Assembly (NCBI GenBank): GCA_038248895.1
Contig: JBBRWZ010000001.1
Coordinates: forward strand, 7,760-71,759
Direction of reading: 5' to 3'
DNA: 64,000 bases
Source of the DNA: Candidatus Limnocylindria bacterium
GTDB lineage: Bacteria; Chloroflexota; Limnocylindria; QHBO01
The notes under the pieces are model-generated. The model worked only from the letters and a program-made list of their open reading frames with translations, was not told the origin of the DNA and made no database searches. Each line of letters opens with the position of its first letter. Position 1 is the first letter of the stretch. Made by a program: the position numbers and the translations under genes. This document shows, piece after piece, positions 50,149 through 60,680 of this stretch.

Positions 50149-51897
50149 ATGACCGATCCAGACCGATTCCGCGACCACCAGGACCGCTGGGCCCGCGAGC
50201 GCCTCGACCCGGCGCTCGAGCGTGGCCCGGAGCGACGAGCGCGCTTCATCACGCAGTCCGGCGTGGATATCGACCGCGTCTACACGCCGGCGGACCTGGC
50301 CGACCCGGTGAACGACCCGGATCGGGATCGGCCTCGCTATCGGTTCAGCCCCAGCGCGAGCGAGGAGGCGAGCGCGTGGGACGAGGTCGACGACGTGGGT
50401 CTGCCAGGCGCGCCGCCGTTCACGCGCGGGATCCATCCCACCGGGCATCGCGGCCGCCTCTGGACGATGCGGATGTTCGCCGGCTTCGGCACCGCGGAGG
50501 ACACCAACGATCGGTTCAAGAAGCTGATCGCGGCCGGCGGGACCGGTCTCTCCATCGCGTACGACATGCCGACCCTGTACGGCTACGACCACGACGACCC
50601 GATGGCCGAGGGCGAGTTCGGCACCTGCGGCGTCGCCGTCTCGAGCCTCGCCGACATGGAGATCCTTCTCCACGGGCTGCCGGTCGGCGAGATCAGCACC
50701 AGCATGACCATCAACTCCCCCGCCGCCATGATCTGGGCGATGTACATCGTCGCCGCCGAGAAGGCCGGCGTGCCGCGCGCACAGCTCACCGGCACCCTCC
50801 AGAACGACATCCTCAAGGAGTTCATCGCGCAGAAGGAGTACATCTTCCCGCCGGCACCGTCGCTGAAGCTCGTCACCGACACGGTCGAGTGGGGCACGCG
50901 GGAGCTGCCGCGCTGGAACACCATCAGCATCAGCGGCTACCACATCCGCGAGGCCGGCTCGACCGCCGTCCAGGAGCTGGCCTTCACGATCGCCGACGGC
51001 ATCGCGTACGCGGAGGACGCGATCGCGCGCGGGATGCGCTTCGACGACTTCGCACCGCGGCTCAGCTTCTTCTTCAACAGCCACAACGACTTCTTCGAGG
51101 AGATCGCGAAGTTCCGCGCCGCGCGGCGGATCTGGTACAAGCTGTGCCGCGAGCGGTTCGGGGCCGAGAACGAGCGCTCCACCTGGATGCGCTTCCACAC
51201 CCAGACCGCCGGAGTCTCGCTCACCGCGCAGCAGCCGCTCAACAACCTGACGCGCGTCGCCGTCCAGGCCCTCGCCGGCATCCTCGGCGGCACCCAGAGC
51301 CTCCATACCGATGCGTACGACGAGGCGTGGGCAGTCCCGAGCGAGGAGGCCGCCCTCCTCGCGCTGCGACAGCAGCAGGTCATCGCCGAGGAGTCGGGGG
51401 CGGCCAACACCGTCGATCCGCTCGGCGGCAGCTACTTCGTCGAGACGCTGACCAACCGGACCGAGCAGGCCGCGTGGCGCTACATCGCGCGGATCGACGA
51501 GCTCGGCGGGATGGTGAAGGCGCTCGAGGCCGGCTATCCCCAGGGCGAGATCGCCGATGCCGCCTACGAGCAGCAACGCGAGCTGGAGCAGCACGAGCGC
51601 GAGATCGTCGGCGTCACGAAGCACGCGGATCCCAACGAGGAGCTCCGCATCCCGCTGCTCGCCATCAGCAAGGAGCAGGAGCGCCGCCACCTGGACCGCC
51701 TGGCGCGCACGCGCGCCGACCGCGACGCGGACGCGCACGCGGCGGCGATGCGCCGCCTCGAGGACGATGCCCGCCGCGGGGACGTGAACCTGATGCCGGC
51801 CATCGTCGAGGCGACGAGCGCGTACGCCACGATCGGCGAGATGTGCGGCGTTCTGCGTCGCGTCTACGGCGAGTACCGGGAGCCGCTCGCCGTCTGA
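50149..51897 (+). CDS. Methylmalonyl-CoA mutase family catalytic (TIM-barrel) subunit lacking the B12-binding domain
   Basis: 582 aa from the internal Met. Conserved substrate-binding barrel motifs ([33 protein letters not shown]). No C-terminal DxHxxG domain. The matching B12 subunit and meaB are at 27.6-29.0 kb. Confidence 0.8.
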   Translation: MTDPDRFRDHQDRWARERLDPALERGPERRARFITQSGVDIDRVYTPADLADPVNDPDRDRPRYRFSPSASEEASAWDEVDDVGLPGAPPFTRGIHPTGHRGRLWTMRMFAGFGTAEDTNDRFKKLIAAGGTGLSIAYDMPTLYGYDHDDPMAEGEFGTCGVAVSSLADMEILLHGLPVGEISTSMTINSPAAMIWAMYIVAAEKAGVPRAQLTGTLQNDILKEFIAQKEYIFPPAPSLKLVTDTVEWGTRELPRWNTISISGYHIREAGSTAVQELAFTIADGIAYAEDAIARGMRFDDFAPRLSFFFNSHNDFFEEIAKFRAARRIWYKLCRERFGAENERSTWMRFHTQTAGVSLTAQQPLNNLTRVAVQALAGILGGTQSLHTDAYDEAWAVPSEEAALLALRQQQVIAEESGAANTVDPLGGSYFVETLTNRTEQAAWRYIARIDELGGMVKALEAGYPQGEIADAAYEQQRELEQHEREIVGVTKHADPNEELRIPLLAISKEQERRHLDRLARTRADRDADAHAAAMRRLEDDARRGDVNLMPAIVEATSAYATIGEMCGVLRRVYGEYREPLAV

Positions 51898-52079
51898 TCC
51901 TGACCAGGCGGGGCAGCGCGGCGAGCCGGCGCGGCCCGGGCCGGCCCCGATGCGTGAGCCGGTGGCCGACCCGGTGCAGGGCACGCAAGCGCCGCGCCGA
52001 ACTCCCCCACGCCATCACCCTGCCACGCGCCCGCTTACCAGCCGCTTATCGGCGAAGCGCCCGCTACCATCGGTCCAGC

Positions 52080-52961
52080 ATGAAGCTGCATCTCGTCGAC
52101 GCGACGTTCGAGCTGTTCCGCGCCTACTATTCTCGCCCCCCCGAGCGTGGCCCCGACGGGCGGCCGGTGAACGCGGTGCGCGGCCTCGTCGACAGCATGC
52201 TCAGCCTCCTGCGCGAGCCGGATGTTACGCACATCGGTGCCGCGACCGACCACGTGATCGAATCGTGGCGCAACGACCTGTACGCAGGCTACAAGTCGAG
52301 CGCCGGGGTCGACCCCGACCTGCTCGCCCAGTTCGAGGACGCGGAGCGTGCCCTGCGGGCGCTCGGCATGGTTGTCTGGCCGATGGTCGAGGACGAGGCG
52401 GACGACGCCATCGCGGCTGCCGTGGCGCGCTTCGGCGACGACCCGCGCATCGGCCAGGTCGTCGTCTGCAGCGTCGACAAGGACCTGATGCAGCTCGTCG
52501 AGGGTGGCCGCATCGTGCTCCGGGACCGGATGCGACGGATCACGTACGACGAGGCGGGCGTGATCGAGAAGTTCGGCGTGGCGCCCGCGAGCATCCCCGA
52601 CTACCTGGCCCTTGTCGGCGACAGCAGCGACGGATTCCCCGGCCTTGCGGGCTGGGGAGCCAAGAGCGCGGCCGCGGTCCTGGCGCGCTGGGCAACCATC
52701 GAGCGCATCCCCGCCTCGGCGCTCGATTGGGAGCTGCCGCTGCGCGGCGCCAGCCGGCTCGCCGCAACGCTCGCCCAGGGCCAGACCGAGGCACTCCTCT
52801 ACCGCCGCCTCGCGACGCTGAACCGGGATGCGCCCATCGAGCGGATGGCGCCGACACTCGACGCGCTCGAATGGCACGGCGTTCCCCGCGAGGCGTTCAC
52901 CGCACTCTGTGACGAGCTTGGATTCGAGACGGTCGGCGAGCGCGTGCACCGCTGGGCCTGA
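52080..52961 (+). CDS. 5'-3' exonuclease / flap endonuclease (Pol I N-terminal domain-like, stand-alone)
   Basis: 293 aa. PIN-like N-domain acidic residues (LVDATFELFRAYY, EADDAIAAAV, SVDKDLMQLV) and an H3TH region. Confidence 0.75.
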   Translation: MKLHLVDATFELFRAYYSRPPERGPDGRPVNAVRGLVDSMLSLLREPDVTHIGAATDHVIESWRNDLYAGYKSSAGVDPDLLAQFEDAERALRALGMVVWPMVEDEADDAIAAAVARFGDDPRIGQVVVCSVDKDLMQLVEGGRIVLRDRMRRITYDEAGVIEKFGVAPASIPDYLALVGDSSDGFPGLAGWGAKSAAAVLARWATIERIPASALDWELPLRGASRLAATLAQGQTEALLYRRLATLNRDAPIERMAPTLDALEWHGVPREAFTALCDELGFETVGERVHRWA

Positions 52962-53061
52962 CCCGCCCGACGCATCTCGCGGTCTTCGCCGCACATCCGT
53001 CGGCGCGCAGTACCTTCGTACGGTTCGGTGGGTTCTGGTGCGCTGGTAGCGTCGGCGACCG

Positions 53062-54315
53062 ATGGACCGCCGCCGTTCGCGCCGCTGGGCAGCTCCGCTG
53101 CTGGCCGTGCTCCTCACCTCGTTGCTCGCCGTCCCCGGGCTCCCCCGTCCCGCGGCCGCTGCCGCGTGCACGGCATGGAGTTCCGAGTCCGAGCCCCCGG
53201 CCGTTATCCGGGTCTTCCGGACCGCGACCGGCGCCGTGGAGACGGTCGACTTCCGGAGCTATGTGAACAACGTGCTGTCGCGGGAATGGATCAGCAGCTG
53301 GACAACCGAGTCGATCCGTGCCGGAGCATTGGCCGTCAAGCACTACGCCTGGTACCAGGTGGTGCACTACCGCGGCTACGTGAACGCCGACGGGGATTGC
53401 TTCGACATCTTCGACTCAACCCGAGACCAGTACTACGACCCGACCCGACCAACGTACACCGCGATGTCGGCCGCGGTCGACGCGACGTGGGCCACGGTGG
53501 CGCTCATCGGCGGCCACGTCTTCCCGACGTACTACAACGCGGGCGGACCGGGCGAGAGCTGCGGTGCAAACGCGAACGGGTGGCGCATGTACCAATGGGG
53601 GTCACAGGGCTGCGGCCTGATCGGCCGCTCCGCGACCCAGATCATGGCAACCTACTACGCCGGCGTCACCGTCTCGTCAGCTCCCGCACCGGTCGTGCCG
53701 TCCCCGACGCCGACGCCAACGCCAACGCCCACCCCCACACCGATCGCGACACCCATCCCCGTCGTGACGGCCTCCCCATCGGCCGTGCCGGCAACGCCGG
53801 CGCCAAGCGCCACTGCCGCGGCGCCGACGCAAACGCCAACGCCGACGCCAACCGTCGCCCCCACGGCGACGCCGGTCGCGACCCCTTCACCGACACCTCC
53901 ACCCGTCCCGCCGGTCGCACCTCCCGTCAACGAGCAGCCCGGCGGCGGTCAGACGGGCATCGTCGGCGCCGCAGCTCCTCCGCCGCCACCTCCGCCCGAT
54001 CCGGCCCCCGTGGTCGTGGTGGCGACACCGGTACTGGCATCGGTCCCTGTCGATCGCTCGTCGAGCGTGGACTCCGCACCGCGCCACCCCTCCGATCACG
54101 CCGGCCTGGCGGCGACCCGCACGCTCGAATGGGATGAGCGGGCGCACGTCAACGGCTTCGCGTGGCCGGCGACGCATTCCGAGCCGGCGGCCCGGATGGA
54201 TCCGCGCCTCGCGACGTTCGTGGTCCTCGCCGACGACCTGGCGAATCGCCTGATGCGCCAACTCGTCGCGGTCCTCCCGCGGCCGTGGATCTCCGAGGCG
54301 GTCGCGCGCCGCTGA
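53062..54315 (+). CDS. SpoIID/LytB-domain protein with a Pro/Thr-rich linker (secreted)
   Basis: Signal peptide, then a SpoIID/LytB-like region (SREWISSWTTESIRAGALAVKHYAWYQ...QYYDP...GGHVFPTYYNAG), then (PT)n and poly-Pro low complexity. Confidence 0.55.
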   Translation: MDRRRSRRWAAPLLAVLLTSLLAVPGLPRPAAAAACTAWSSESEPPAVIRVFRTATGAVETVDFRSYVNNVLSREWISSWTTESIRAGALAVKHYAWYQVVHYRGYVNADGDCFDIFDSTRDQYYDPTRPTYTAMSAAVDATWATVALIGGHVFPTYYNAGGPGESCGANANGWRMYQWGSQGCGLIGRSATQIMATYYAGVTVSSAPAPVVPSPTPTPTPTPTPTPIATPIPVVTASPSAVPATPAPSATAAAPTQTPTPTPTVAPTATPVATPSPTPPPVPPVAPPVNEQPGGGQTGIVGAAAPPPPPPPDPAPVVVVATPVLASVPVDRSSSVDSAPRHPSDHAGLAATRTLEWDERAHVNGFAWPATHSEPAARMDPRLATFVVLADDLANRLMRQLVAVLPRPWISEAVARR

Positions 54316-54374
54316 GCGGCGGCGTTGCCGCATGATCGGCACCAGCTCACCTCCGCCGTGCGCGGCGGCTCGAC

Positions 54375-55322
54375 TCAGCCGATGAGGCGGCGGACGGCGA
54401 TCTCGGCGGCGGCGAGATCCTGGATCGCGAGGCCCACGCTCTTGAAGACGGTGATCGCCTCGGGATCACGCGTCGCCGCCCAGCTGCGCGGGACGGAGCC
54501 GATCTCGACCAGGTCGGCCTCGGCCACTGCGCCGTCGCCCACGGCGGCGAGCACGTCGCCCGCCTCGGCCAGCGCCGCCGCGCGAGCGTCCACCGCCACG
54601 CGCGTGGCGCGTCGGAACAGCGCCGATGGCAACTCGACCATGTCCGGCCGATAGGCACCGATGCCGTTGATGTGACACCCCGCGCCGACCCAGCTCGCGT
54701 CCAGCACCGGGGTCGATGACGTGGTCGCGCAGCACACGATATCGGTACCGCGGACCGCCGCCTCCGCGTCGGGCATGACGCGAACCGTGACGGCACCGCC
54801 GATATCAGCATCCAACGCGGCCGCGAACGCCCGACGCCGCGTCTCATCACGCGCAAAGACACGGATCTCCTCGATTGGCCGCGTGCCGAGGACTGCGTGC
54901 GCCTGCCATGCGGCCTGTGCCCCGGCACCGAGCAGGCCGAGGACCGATGCATCGGGGCGCGCCAGGAGGCGCGTCGCAACACCGGATGCGGCGCCGGTGC
55001 GCATCGCGGTGATGGTGGCGCCGTCCAGCACGGCAAGTGGCGCCCCGGTCGCCGCATCGATCCACGTCACGCTGGCGTGGATCGTCGGTAGGCCGCGTTC
55101 GGCGTTTCCCGGCGTGATCGTCACGAGCTTCACGGTGCTGCCCACCCCATCCTGGCGGACGCCCGCCATCAGCAGCAGGTCACCCGACGGCAGATCCACG
55201 TGCGCGCGCAGGGGCGAGCGATCGCGGCCGCTCGCGACATCACGGAACGCGGCCTCGACGCCGTCCAGCAGCTCACCCATCGGTATGGCGGCGCGCGTCG
55301 CCGCTGCGTCGAAGACCTGCAT
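54375..55322 (-). CDS. Ornithine cyclodeaminase / mu-crystallin family protein
   Basis: 316 aa from the internal Met. OCD/mu-crystallin Rossmann motif (LGLLGAGAQA) and family-wide conserved blocks. Confidence 0.75.
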   Translation of the reverse strand: MQVFDAAATRAAIPMGELLDGVEAAFRDVASGRDRSPLRAHVDLPSGDLLLMAGVRQDGVGSTVKLVTITPGNAERGLPTIHASVTWIDAATGAPLAVLDGATITAMRTGAASGVATRLLARPDASVLGLLGAGAQAAWQAHAVLGTRPIEEIRVFARDETRRRAFAAALDADIGGAVTVRVMPDAEAAVRGTDIVCCATTSSTPVLDASWVGAGCHINGIGAYRPDMVELPSALFRRATRVAVDARAAALAEAGDVLAAVGDGAVAEADLVEIGSVPRSWAATRDPEAITVFKSVGLAIQDLAAAEIAVRRLIG

Positions 55323-55414
55323 AGCCTGCGAGTCTACCCGCCCCGCTCGCGCCCGGGCCGTCGACCGCGGGGCGTACCCTTGGGCGGGCACACGGATTGC
55401 TCAGGAGGCAACAC

Positions 55415-55759
55415 ATGACATCGATTCAGGACGAGGTCTCGGCGCGAGCCGAGGCCGTGGGCAACGAGATCGGGGCGCTGGGCTGGCTGCTTCGGACCGC
55501 CGTGATGGCGGCGGTGGCCGGCGCCGTCTACACCGAGCTGCGCAAGCCGCCGGCGGACCGCACCTGGCACGGCAAGGTGCTGGGCGTCGTGCCGTACGAT
55601 TTCCGGATCCCCTCCCTCAATGACCTGCGGCTCGCCTACTGGAACCCGCACTCGACGAAGGTGTTCACGGAGCGTCCGCTCGGGGTGGGCTGGGCCGTCA
55701 ACATCCCGACCGCGCTGCGTCGCATCGGCATGCTGAGCTCACGAGCCGGAGGCTCCTGA
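55415..55759 (+). CDS. Small hypothetical protein (114 aa) with one hydrophobic segment
   Basis: ORF with high GC3. No recognisable domain. Confidence 0.4.
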   Translation: MTSIQDEVSARAEAVGNEIGALGWLLRTAVMAAVAGAVYTELRKPPADRTWHGKVLGVVPYDFRIPSLNDLRLAYWNPHSTKVFTERPLGVGWAVNIPTALRRIGMLSSRAGGS

Positions 55760-55797
55760 CCGACCGGATTCGCGCGCTGCGCTAGGATCGGCACCAC

Positions 55798-56241
55798 ATG
55801 AGCTGGTTCCCGATCCTGCTGGTCGTCCACATCCTGCTGGCGCTATCGCTGCTGCTGCCCAGCGTGGTGCTGCCGTTCGTCCTCCGGCGCGGCGCCGTCG
55901 CCGCCGAATCGCCGCTCGTGCGGCGCCTGATGCGGATGCAGGGAAGCGGCAGCATCGTGATCGCTGCCGGGCTGGCGCTGACCGGCGCCGGCCTGCTCCT
56001 CATCCTGGGCACCGGGCTGCTCGCCAAGCCATGGCTGCTCGTGGCGCTCGTGATCTATGCGGTCAACCTGCTCGTCGCCGGCTTCGTCAGCCGCCCCAAC
56101 CTGCGGCGCCTGATCGGCCTCGGCAGCGGCGACGCGGCCGCCTGGCAGCGACGCGCGCGCCGGCAGCGCTGGATCGCCTACGGCATGGCCGGGGCGACGG
56201 GCGTCATCGGCTTCCTCATGATGGCCAAGCCGGGCGGCTGA
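55798..56241 (+). CDS. DUF2269-like integral membrane protein
   Basis: 147 aa with four TM helices. The pattern MSWFPILLVVHILLA...PSVVLPF is typical of the DUF2269 family. Confidence 0.5.
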   Translation: MSWFPILLVVHILLALSLLLPSVVLPFVLRRGAVAAESPLVRRLMRMQGSGSIVIAAGLALTGAGLLLILGTGLLAKPWLLVALVIYAVNLLVAGFVSRPNLRRLIGLGSGDAAAWQRRARRQRWIAYGMAGATGVIGFLMMAKPGG

Positions 56242-56452
56242 CCCGTCAGCAGGCTAGAAGCGCGGCAGGGGCAGCGGCTTGCCCTGCAGCCAGAAGATCG
56301 CGAAGACGATCAGGATCATGGCGAGCAGAAAGAATCCGAACCAGCGCAGGACTTCCATGGGTGATCTCGGTTCCTCGAGCGTGCGGCAGCAATACGCCCC
56401 CACCGGTCCGGGCGATTCTACCGCTCGTCGTCCAGCCCTCTAGAATCGACCG

Positions 56453-57721
56453 GTGACCCTCCTCCTCCACGATGCCCGCCGCGGCGTGCGCGTCCCGTTC
56501 GACCACCCGCTGGACGTTCCGGTGGGTCTTTACGTCTGCGGCGTCACGCCCTACGACACCGGCCACCTCGGCCATGCGTTCACGTACGTCAGCTTCGACG
56601 TTCTGCATCGGTACCTGGAGTTCCTCGGCCACGACGTCAAATACGTCCAGAACCTGACCGATGTCGACGACGACATGCTGCGCAAGGCGCGCGAGACCGG
56701 CGAGGACTACCTGGCGCTCGGCAACCGGTGGGTCACCGCCTTCCGCACCGAGATGGATGCACTCAACTGGATTCCGCCTGACGTCTACCCGCGCGCCACC
56801 GAGCACGTCTCGCAGATGCAGGCGATGATCGCCGCGCTGCTCGAGCACGGGCACGCGTATGCCGCCGAGGGCAACGTCTATTTCAGCGTCGACTCGTGGC
56901 GAACCTACGGCGAGCTCTCGGGCCTGCCACGCGCGGCGATGCTGGCGGTCGCCAACGAGCGGGGCAACGTTCCCGACATGCCCGGCAAGCGCGACCCCCT
57001 GGACTTCGTCCTGTGGCAGCGGTCCGCCCCGGACGAGCCGGCATGGGACGCGCCGTGGGGCAGCGGCCGCCCCGGGTGGCACATCGAGTGCTCGGCGATG
57101 TCGACCGCCTACCTCGGCGCGCAGTTCGCGATCCACGGCGGCGGGGCTGATCTCATCTTCCCGCATCACGAGTCGGAGATCGCACAGAGCGAGGGGGCCA
57201 CCGGGCAGCGCCCATTCGTGCGCTGGTGGATGCATGCCGGCATGCTGCGGCACGATGGTGACAAGATGAGCAAGTCGCTCGGCAACCTCGTCCTCGTCCG
57301 CGATCTGCTGCGGATGCACTCGGGTGACGCCATCCGCCAGTACCTCGTCTCGCATCACTATCGCGACGAGGTGACGTACGACGGAGTCGAGCTGGAGGCA
57401 GCATCGGTCGCTGCCGCTCGCCTCAGGCGCGCGGCGAGGCGCGCCGCCGAGGTGGCACCCGATGGGCCGGACGGCGGTGTCGGATCGCTGCAGCCGCAGG
57501 TGGTGGAGCGTCGCGCGCGCTTCCTCGCCGCCATGGACGACGATCTGGACACGCCCGCCGCGCTGCCCGAGCTGAACGCCCTCGCTTCGCTCGCTCTCGA
57601 GACGGCGGACTCACGACTGGCCGCGGATGCCGGCTGGACGGTCCGCGAGCTCGGCAGCCGCATCCTCGGATTCCGCCTCGAGGGACGGCTCGCGGCGACG
57701 GTGGACGCGGCGGTCGCGTGA
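56453..57721 (+). CDS. mshC: Cysteine ligase of the CysRS-paralog type, most consistent with mycothiol ligase MshC
   Basis: HIGH motif (TGHLGHA), KMSKS (KMSKSLGNLVLV), and the MshC-like block ANERGNVPDMPGKRDPLDFVLW. Only about 150 aa follow KMSKS, so there is no anticodon-binding extension. GTG start. Confidence 0.65.
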   Translation: MTLLLHDARRGVRVPFDHPLDVPVGLYVCGVTPYDTGHLGHAFTYVSFDVLHRYLEFLGHDVKYVQNLTDVDDDMLRKARETGEDYLALGNRWVTAFRTEMDALNWIPPDVYPRATEHVSQMQAMIAALLEHGHAYAAEGNVYFSVDSWRTYGELSGLPRAAMLAVANERGNVPDMPGKRDPLDFVLWQRSAPDEPAWDAPWGSGRPGWHIECSAMSTAYLGAQFAIHGGGADLIFPHHESEIAQSEGATGQRPFVRWWMHAGMLRHDGDKMSKSLGNLVLVRDLLRMHSGDAIRQYLVSHHYRDEVTYDGVELEAASVAAARLRRAARRAAEVAPDGPDGGVGSLQPQVVERRARFLAAMDDDLDTPAALPELNALASLALETADSRLAADAGWTVRELGSRILGFRLEGRLAATVDAAVA

Positions 57722-58287
57722 CGAACGCCGGTGCGGATCGCGTGCCGGAGCGCCGGGGGGACGATCGCCGCGTACCGGCCAGCGTTCGGCTCGGCAACGT
57801 CGTACCGCCCGAGGACCCCGAGGACTGGACGCGGCCGCTGACGTGGGTCGCAGCCGGCGGCATGCTCGCCGCGCCGCTTGTCGCGCTGGCGTGGTTCATC
57901 GCCGCCCCGCCCCTCGACAGCACGCGGGCGCTGCCGCTGTCGTACGCGGTCGCCATCGCGGTGGCGGTGGGAGCCACTGCCACCGGCGCCACCCAGCAGG
58001 GCGCGGCACGGGCGCTGCTGGCGACGCTCGGCTCGGCATTGTTTGCCGCCCTCGCGCTCGTCATCGTCGGCGTCGTGACCGCCGGCGAGCGGCAGGTCGG
58101 CCAGGCTTCGCCGACCCTGGCGCATGCCGCTGCCGGTGCCGTGGCGGGCATCGCGTCCGGCGCGACGGCGGCAATCGTGGCGGGCGTCGTGGCCAGGCTC
58201 CGCGGTCGGTGGCTGCGCCTCCTGCCGCCGCTGGCAGCGGGGTGTGTTATCGCCTACGGCGTCGTCGGCGCGTTGCTCGGCGGCTGA
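57718..58287 (+). CDS. Hypothetical Ala/Gly-rich membrane protein
   Basis: 189 aa with four predicted TM helices. GTGA overlap with mshC. Confidence 0.45.
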   Translation: MTNAGADRVPERRGDDRRVPASVRLGNVVPPEDPEDWTRPLTWVAAGGMLAAPLVALAWFIAAPPLDSTRALPLSYAVAIAVAVGATATGATQQGAARALLATLGSALFAALALVIVGVVTAGERQVGQASPTLAHAAAGAVAGIASGATAAIVAGVVARLRGRWLRLLPPLAAGCVIAYGVVGALLGG

Positions 58288-58301
58288 TCGGCTGCCGAAC
58301 G

Positions 58302-58847
58302 TCAGGCCGGCGACTTGCGCGAGAGTCGCTCCGCGAGGCCGCCGACGGTCAGCGCCATGCCGAGCGCGATGATGCCGACCGCCGCCACCAGACGGAATGC
58401 CTCGCCGCCGAACACGGTCGCGAAGGCCACGTAGGCAACGACCCCGGCGGCCGCCACGCCGAACCCGATCCACTTGAAGGCGGGTGCATCGGCAATCCAG
58501 CCGGCGGCGTACATGCCGAGCCCCAGGCTGAACGGGAGAACGCTCCACAGGTACGACCACTGCCCCCAGCGGTCGGTGAGCGAGGTGTACAGCAGGGTGC
58601 CGCCGACGGCGGCCAGGACGGCCCCGGGGATCACCATCCCGGCTCGCAGGCGCCGATGCTGCTCGCCGATCACGGCGGGCGCGAGGAAGAAGAGCGACAG
58701 CACCACCAGCAGCGCCGGCCACCAGGCCCAGAGCTCGGGCGTGACGCCAAGGTCGCCGAGGAACGTCCGGATCCACTCCCCGGCGAGGATGGCGACGCCA
58801 ACGCCGAGCAGCAGGACGCCGGCGAACAGTTCGATGGTGCGACTCAT
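58302..58847 (-). CDS. Hypothetical integral membrane protein
   Basis: 181 aa from the internal Met (MSRTIELFAGVLLLG...) with five to six TM helices. The upstream part of the track ORF is Arg-rich artefact. Confidence 0.5.
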   Translation of the reverse strand: MSRTIELFAGVLLLGVGVAILAGEWIRTFLGDLGVTPELWAWWPALLVVLSLFFLAPAVIGEQHRRLRAGMVIPGAVLAAVGGTLLYTSLTDRWGQWSYLWSVLPFSLGLGMYAAGWIADAPAFKWIGFGVAAAGVVAYVAFATVFGGEAFRLVAAVGIIALGMALTVGGLAERLSRKSPA

Positions 58848-58880
58848 GAGCGGGCCAGAGTATAGCCATCCGCCGCCGCG

Positions 58881-59468
58881 ATGAACCCCACGGGCGTCCG
58901 GCGGGTATCGATCGCACAGGCCGGATGGGAGGGTTGGCTGATGCGGACTCGTCGTGGCCGAATGGCAGCGGGTGTGCGGTTCGCTGCCCTGCTCGCGTTC
59001 CTGACTCTGCTGATCGGTAGCGCGATCGTGGTTGGGCAGGCCGGCGTAGAGGCGGTACGTGGACCCGCCGGCACCTCTCTCGTCGACGGCTACTGGGTCG
59101 GTCGCCTCCCGGCGACGCCCATCGGCGTCGGTCTGGCACTGGGCGGCAGCACCGTGATCGCGGTCGCGGGCATGGGTGCCGCCGTTCTCGGCGCCGGCTG
59201 GGTCGTCCGGCTGCTGTGCGCGTTGCTTCTCACGCCGGTCGTGCTCTGGTGGGCGGGCGCTGCCCTGCTGGCGGGTGTCGGCGCCTGCTGCGGCCCTCCC
59301 CCGCCGTTCGACCCGATCACGGCCGCCTATTCGAACCCGGCGGCGGCGCTGGCGCTGGTGACCGTGCCGGCGCTGCTCATCGGTCTCCTGGTGTGGCTGT
59401 TCCGGCGGCCCGACCCGGTCGTCGATCGGAGCGTGGTGGACCAATTCCGCACGGTCAGCGGCGCCTGA
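58881..59468 (+). CDS. Hypothetical membrane protein. The start may be the internal Met at about 58941.
   Basis: Hydrophobic helices with a conserved CCGPPPPFDP segment. No family assignment. Confidence 0.4.
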   Translation: MNPTGVRRVSIAQAGWEGWLMRTRRGRMAAGVRFAALLAFLTLLIGSAIVVGQAGVEAVRGPAGTSLVDGYWVGRLPATPIGVGLALGGSTVIAVAGMGAAVLGAGWVVRLLCALLLTPVVLWWAGAALLAGVGACCGPPPPFDPITAAYSNPAAALALVTVPALLIGLLVWLFRRPDPVVDRSVVDQFRTVSGA

Positions 59469-59483
59469 ACAGGCGGAGCCGCG

Positions 59484-60680
59484 CTACATCTCGCCTTCGA
59501 ATGGTGGCTGCGGCATCCGCAGCTGCCGGTCCTTGCGGTAGCCGAGCAGGTAGTCGGCCTGCATGAGCGTGTGGATCTGGCTCGTTCCCTCGTAGATGAC
59601 CGATCCCTTCGCGTTGCGCAGGTAGCGCTCCACCGGGTATTCGTTGCTATAGCCGTACGCACCGTGGATCTGGATCGCGTCCAGCGCCGACGCGACCGCA
59701 TGGTCGGTGCAGTACCACTTGGCGAGACCGGTCTCGCGCGTATTGCGCTCGCCCGCGTTCTTCTTGGAGCCGGCCTTGAAGACGAGCAGCCGCCCGGACT
59801 CGATCCCGACGTACATCTTCGAGAGCATCTGCTTGACGAGCTGGTGCTGGCCGATCTCCGAGCCGAACGTCTTGCGCTCGTGCGCGTACTTCAGCGACGC
59901 GTCGAGGCACGCCTGCGCCAGGCCCACGCTCCCCGCCGCAACGGTGTAGCGGCCCTGGTCGATGGCGCTCATGGCGATGGTGAAGCCCTCCCCCTCCTCG
60001 CCGACCCGGTTCGCGGCCGGGACCTCGCAGTCATCGAAGGTGAGGATCCCCGTGTTCCCCGCACGCACGCCGAGCTTGCCGTGCAGCGGTTCCGAGCTGA
60101 ACCCGGTGAACGAGCGCTCGACGATGAAGGCGGTGATGCCCTTGTGACCCGCCGCCCGATCGACGGTGGCAAAGACGAGGAAGTTGTCCGCCGCATCCGC
60201 CAGCGAGATCCAGATCTTGCTGCCGTTGAGGATGTACCGATCCCCATCGCGACGCGCGGTCGTGGCGAGATTGCCCGCGTCCGAGCCGACGCCCGGCTCC
60301 GTGAGCCCGAACGTGGCCAGCTGCTCGCCGCGTGCCTGCGGGACCAGGTATTGCTGCTTCTGCTCCTCGCTCCCCCACTGGAGCAGCGTCAGCGAGTTGA
60401 GCCCGGTGTGGACGCTGAGGATGACCCGAAAGGCGGTGTCCGCGCGCTCCATCTCCTCGCACAGCAGCGCGAAGGCGATGTAGTCCATTCCCGCGCCGCC
60501 GTAGCGCTCCGGGATGGGCAGGCCGAGCAGGCTCTCGGCACCCATGCGCTCGTAGATGCCGCGGTCGTACGTGGACGTGGCGTCGAGCTCGCCGATGCGC
60601 GGCAGGATCTCGCGCTCGGCGAAGGCGCGCGCGGTGCGCTGCACCTCTCGCTGCGCGTCGGTCAGGGAGAAATCAATCAT
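59484..60680 (-). CDS. Acyl-CoA dehydrogenase (second copy)
   Basis: 398 aa. ACAD N/M/C domains, FAD-binding motifs, and the catalytic region YEGTSQIHTLMQA. Confidence 0.85.
   Translation of the reverse strand: MIDFSLTDAQREVQRTARAFAEREILPRIGELDATSTYDRGIYERMGAESLLGLPIPERYGGAGMDYIAFALLCEEMERADTAFRVILSVHTGLNSLTLLQWGSEEQKQQYLVPQARGEQLATFGLTEPGVGSDAGNLATTARRDGDRYILNGSKIWISLADAADNFLVFATVDRAAGHKGITAFIVERSFTGFSSEPLHGKLGVRAGNTGILTFDDCEVPAANRVGEEGEGFTIAMSAIDQGRYTVAAGSVGLAQACLDASLKYAHERKTFGSEIGQHQLVKQMLSKMYVGIESGRLLVFKAGSKKNAGERNTRETGLAKWYCTDHAVASALDAIQIHGAYGYSNEYPVERYLRNAKGSVIYEGTSQIHTLMQADYLLGYRKDRQLRMPQPPFEGEM

Noticed and set aside
50376-52961. 861-aa plus-strand ORF spanning the mutase gene and the exonuclease
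   Set aside because: It is a frame artefact. Only the last 293 codons (from the ATG at 52080) encode the 5'-3' exonuclease, and the upstream part is an Arg-rich off-frame reading of the mutase gene. The 52035..53171 minus ORF is likewise antisense noise.
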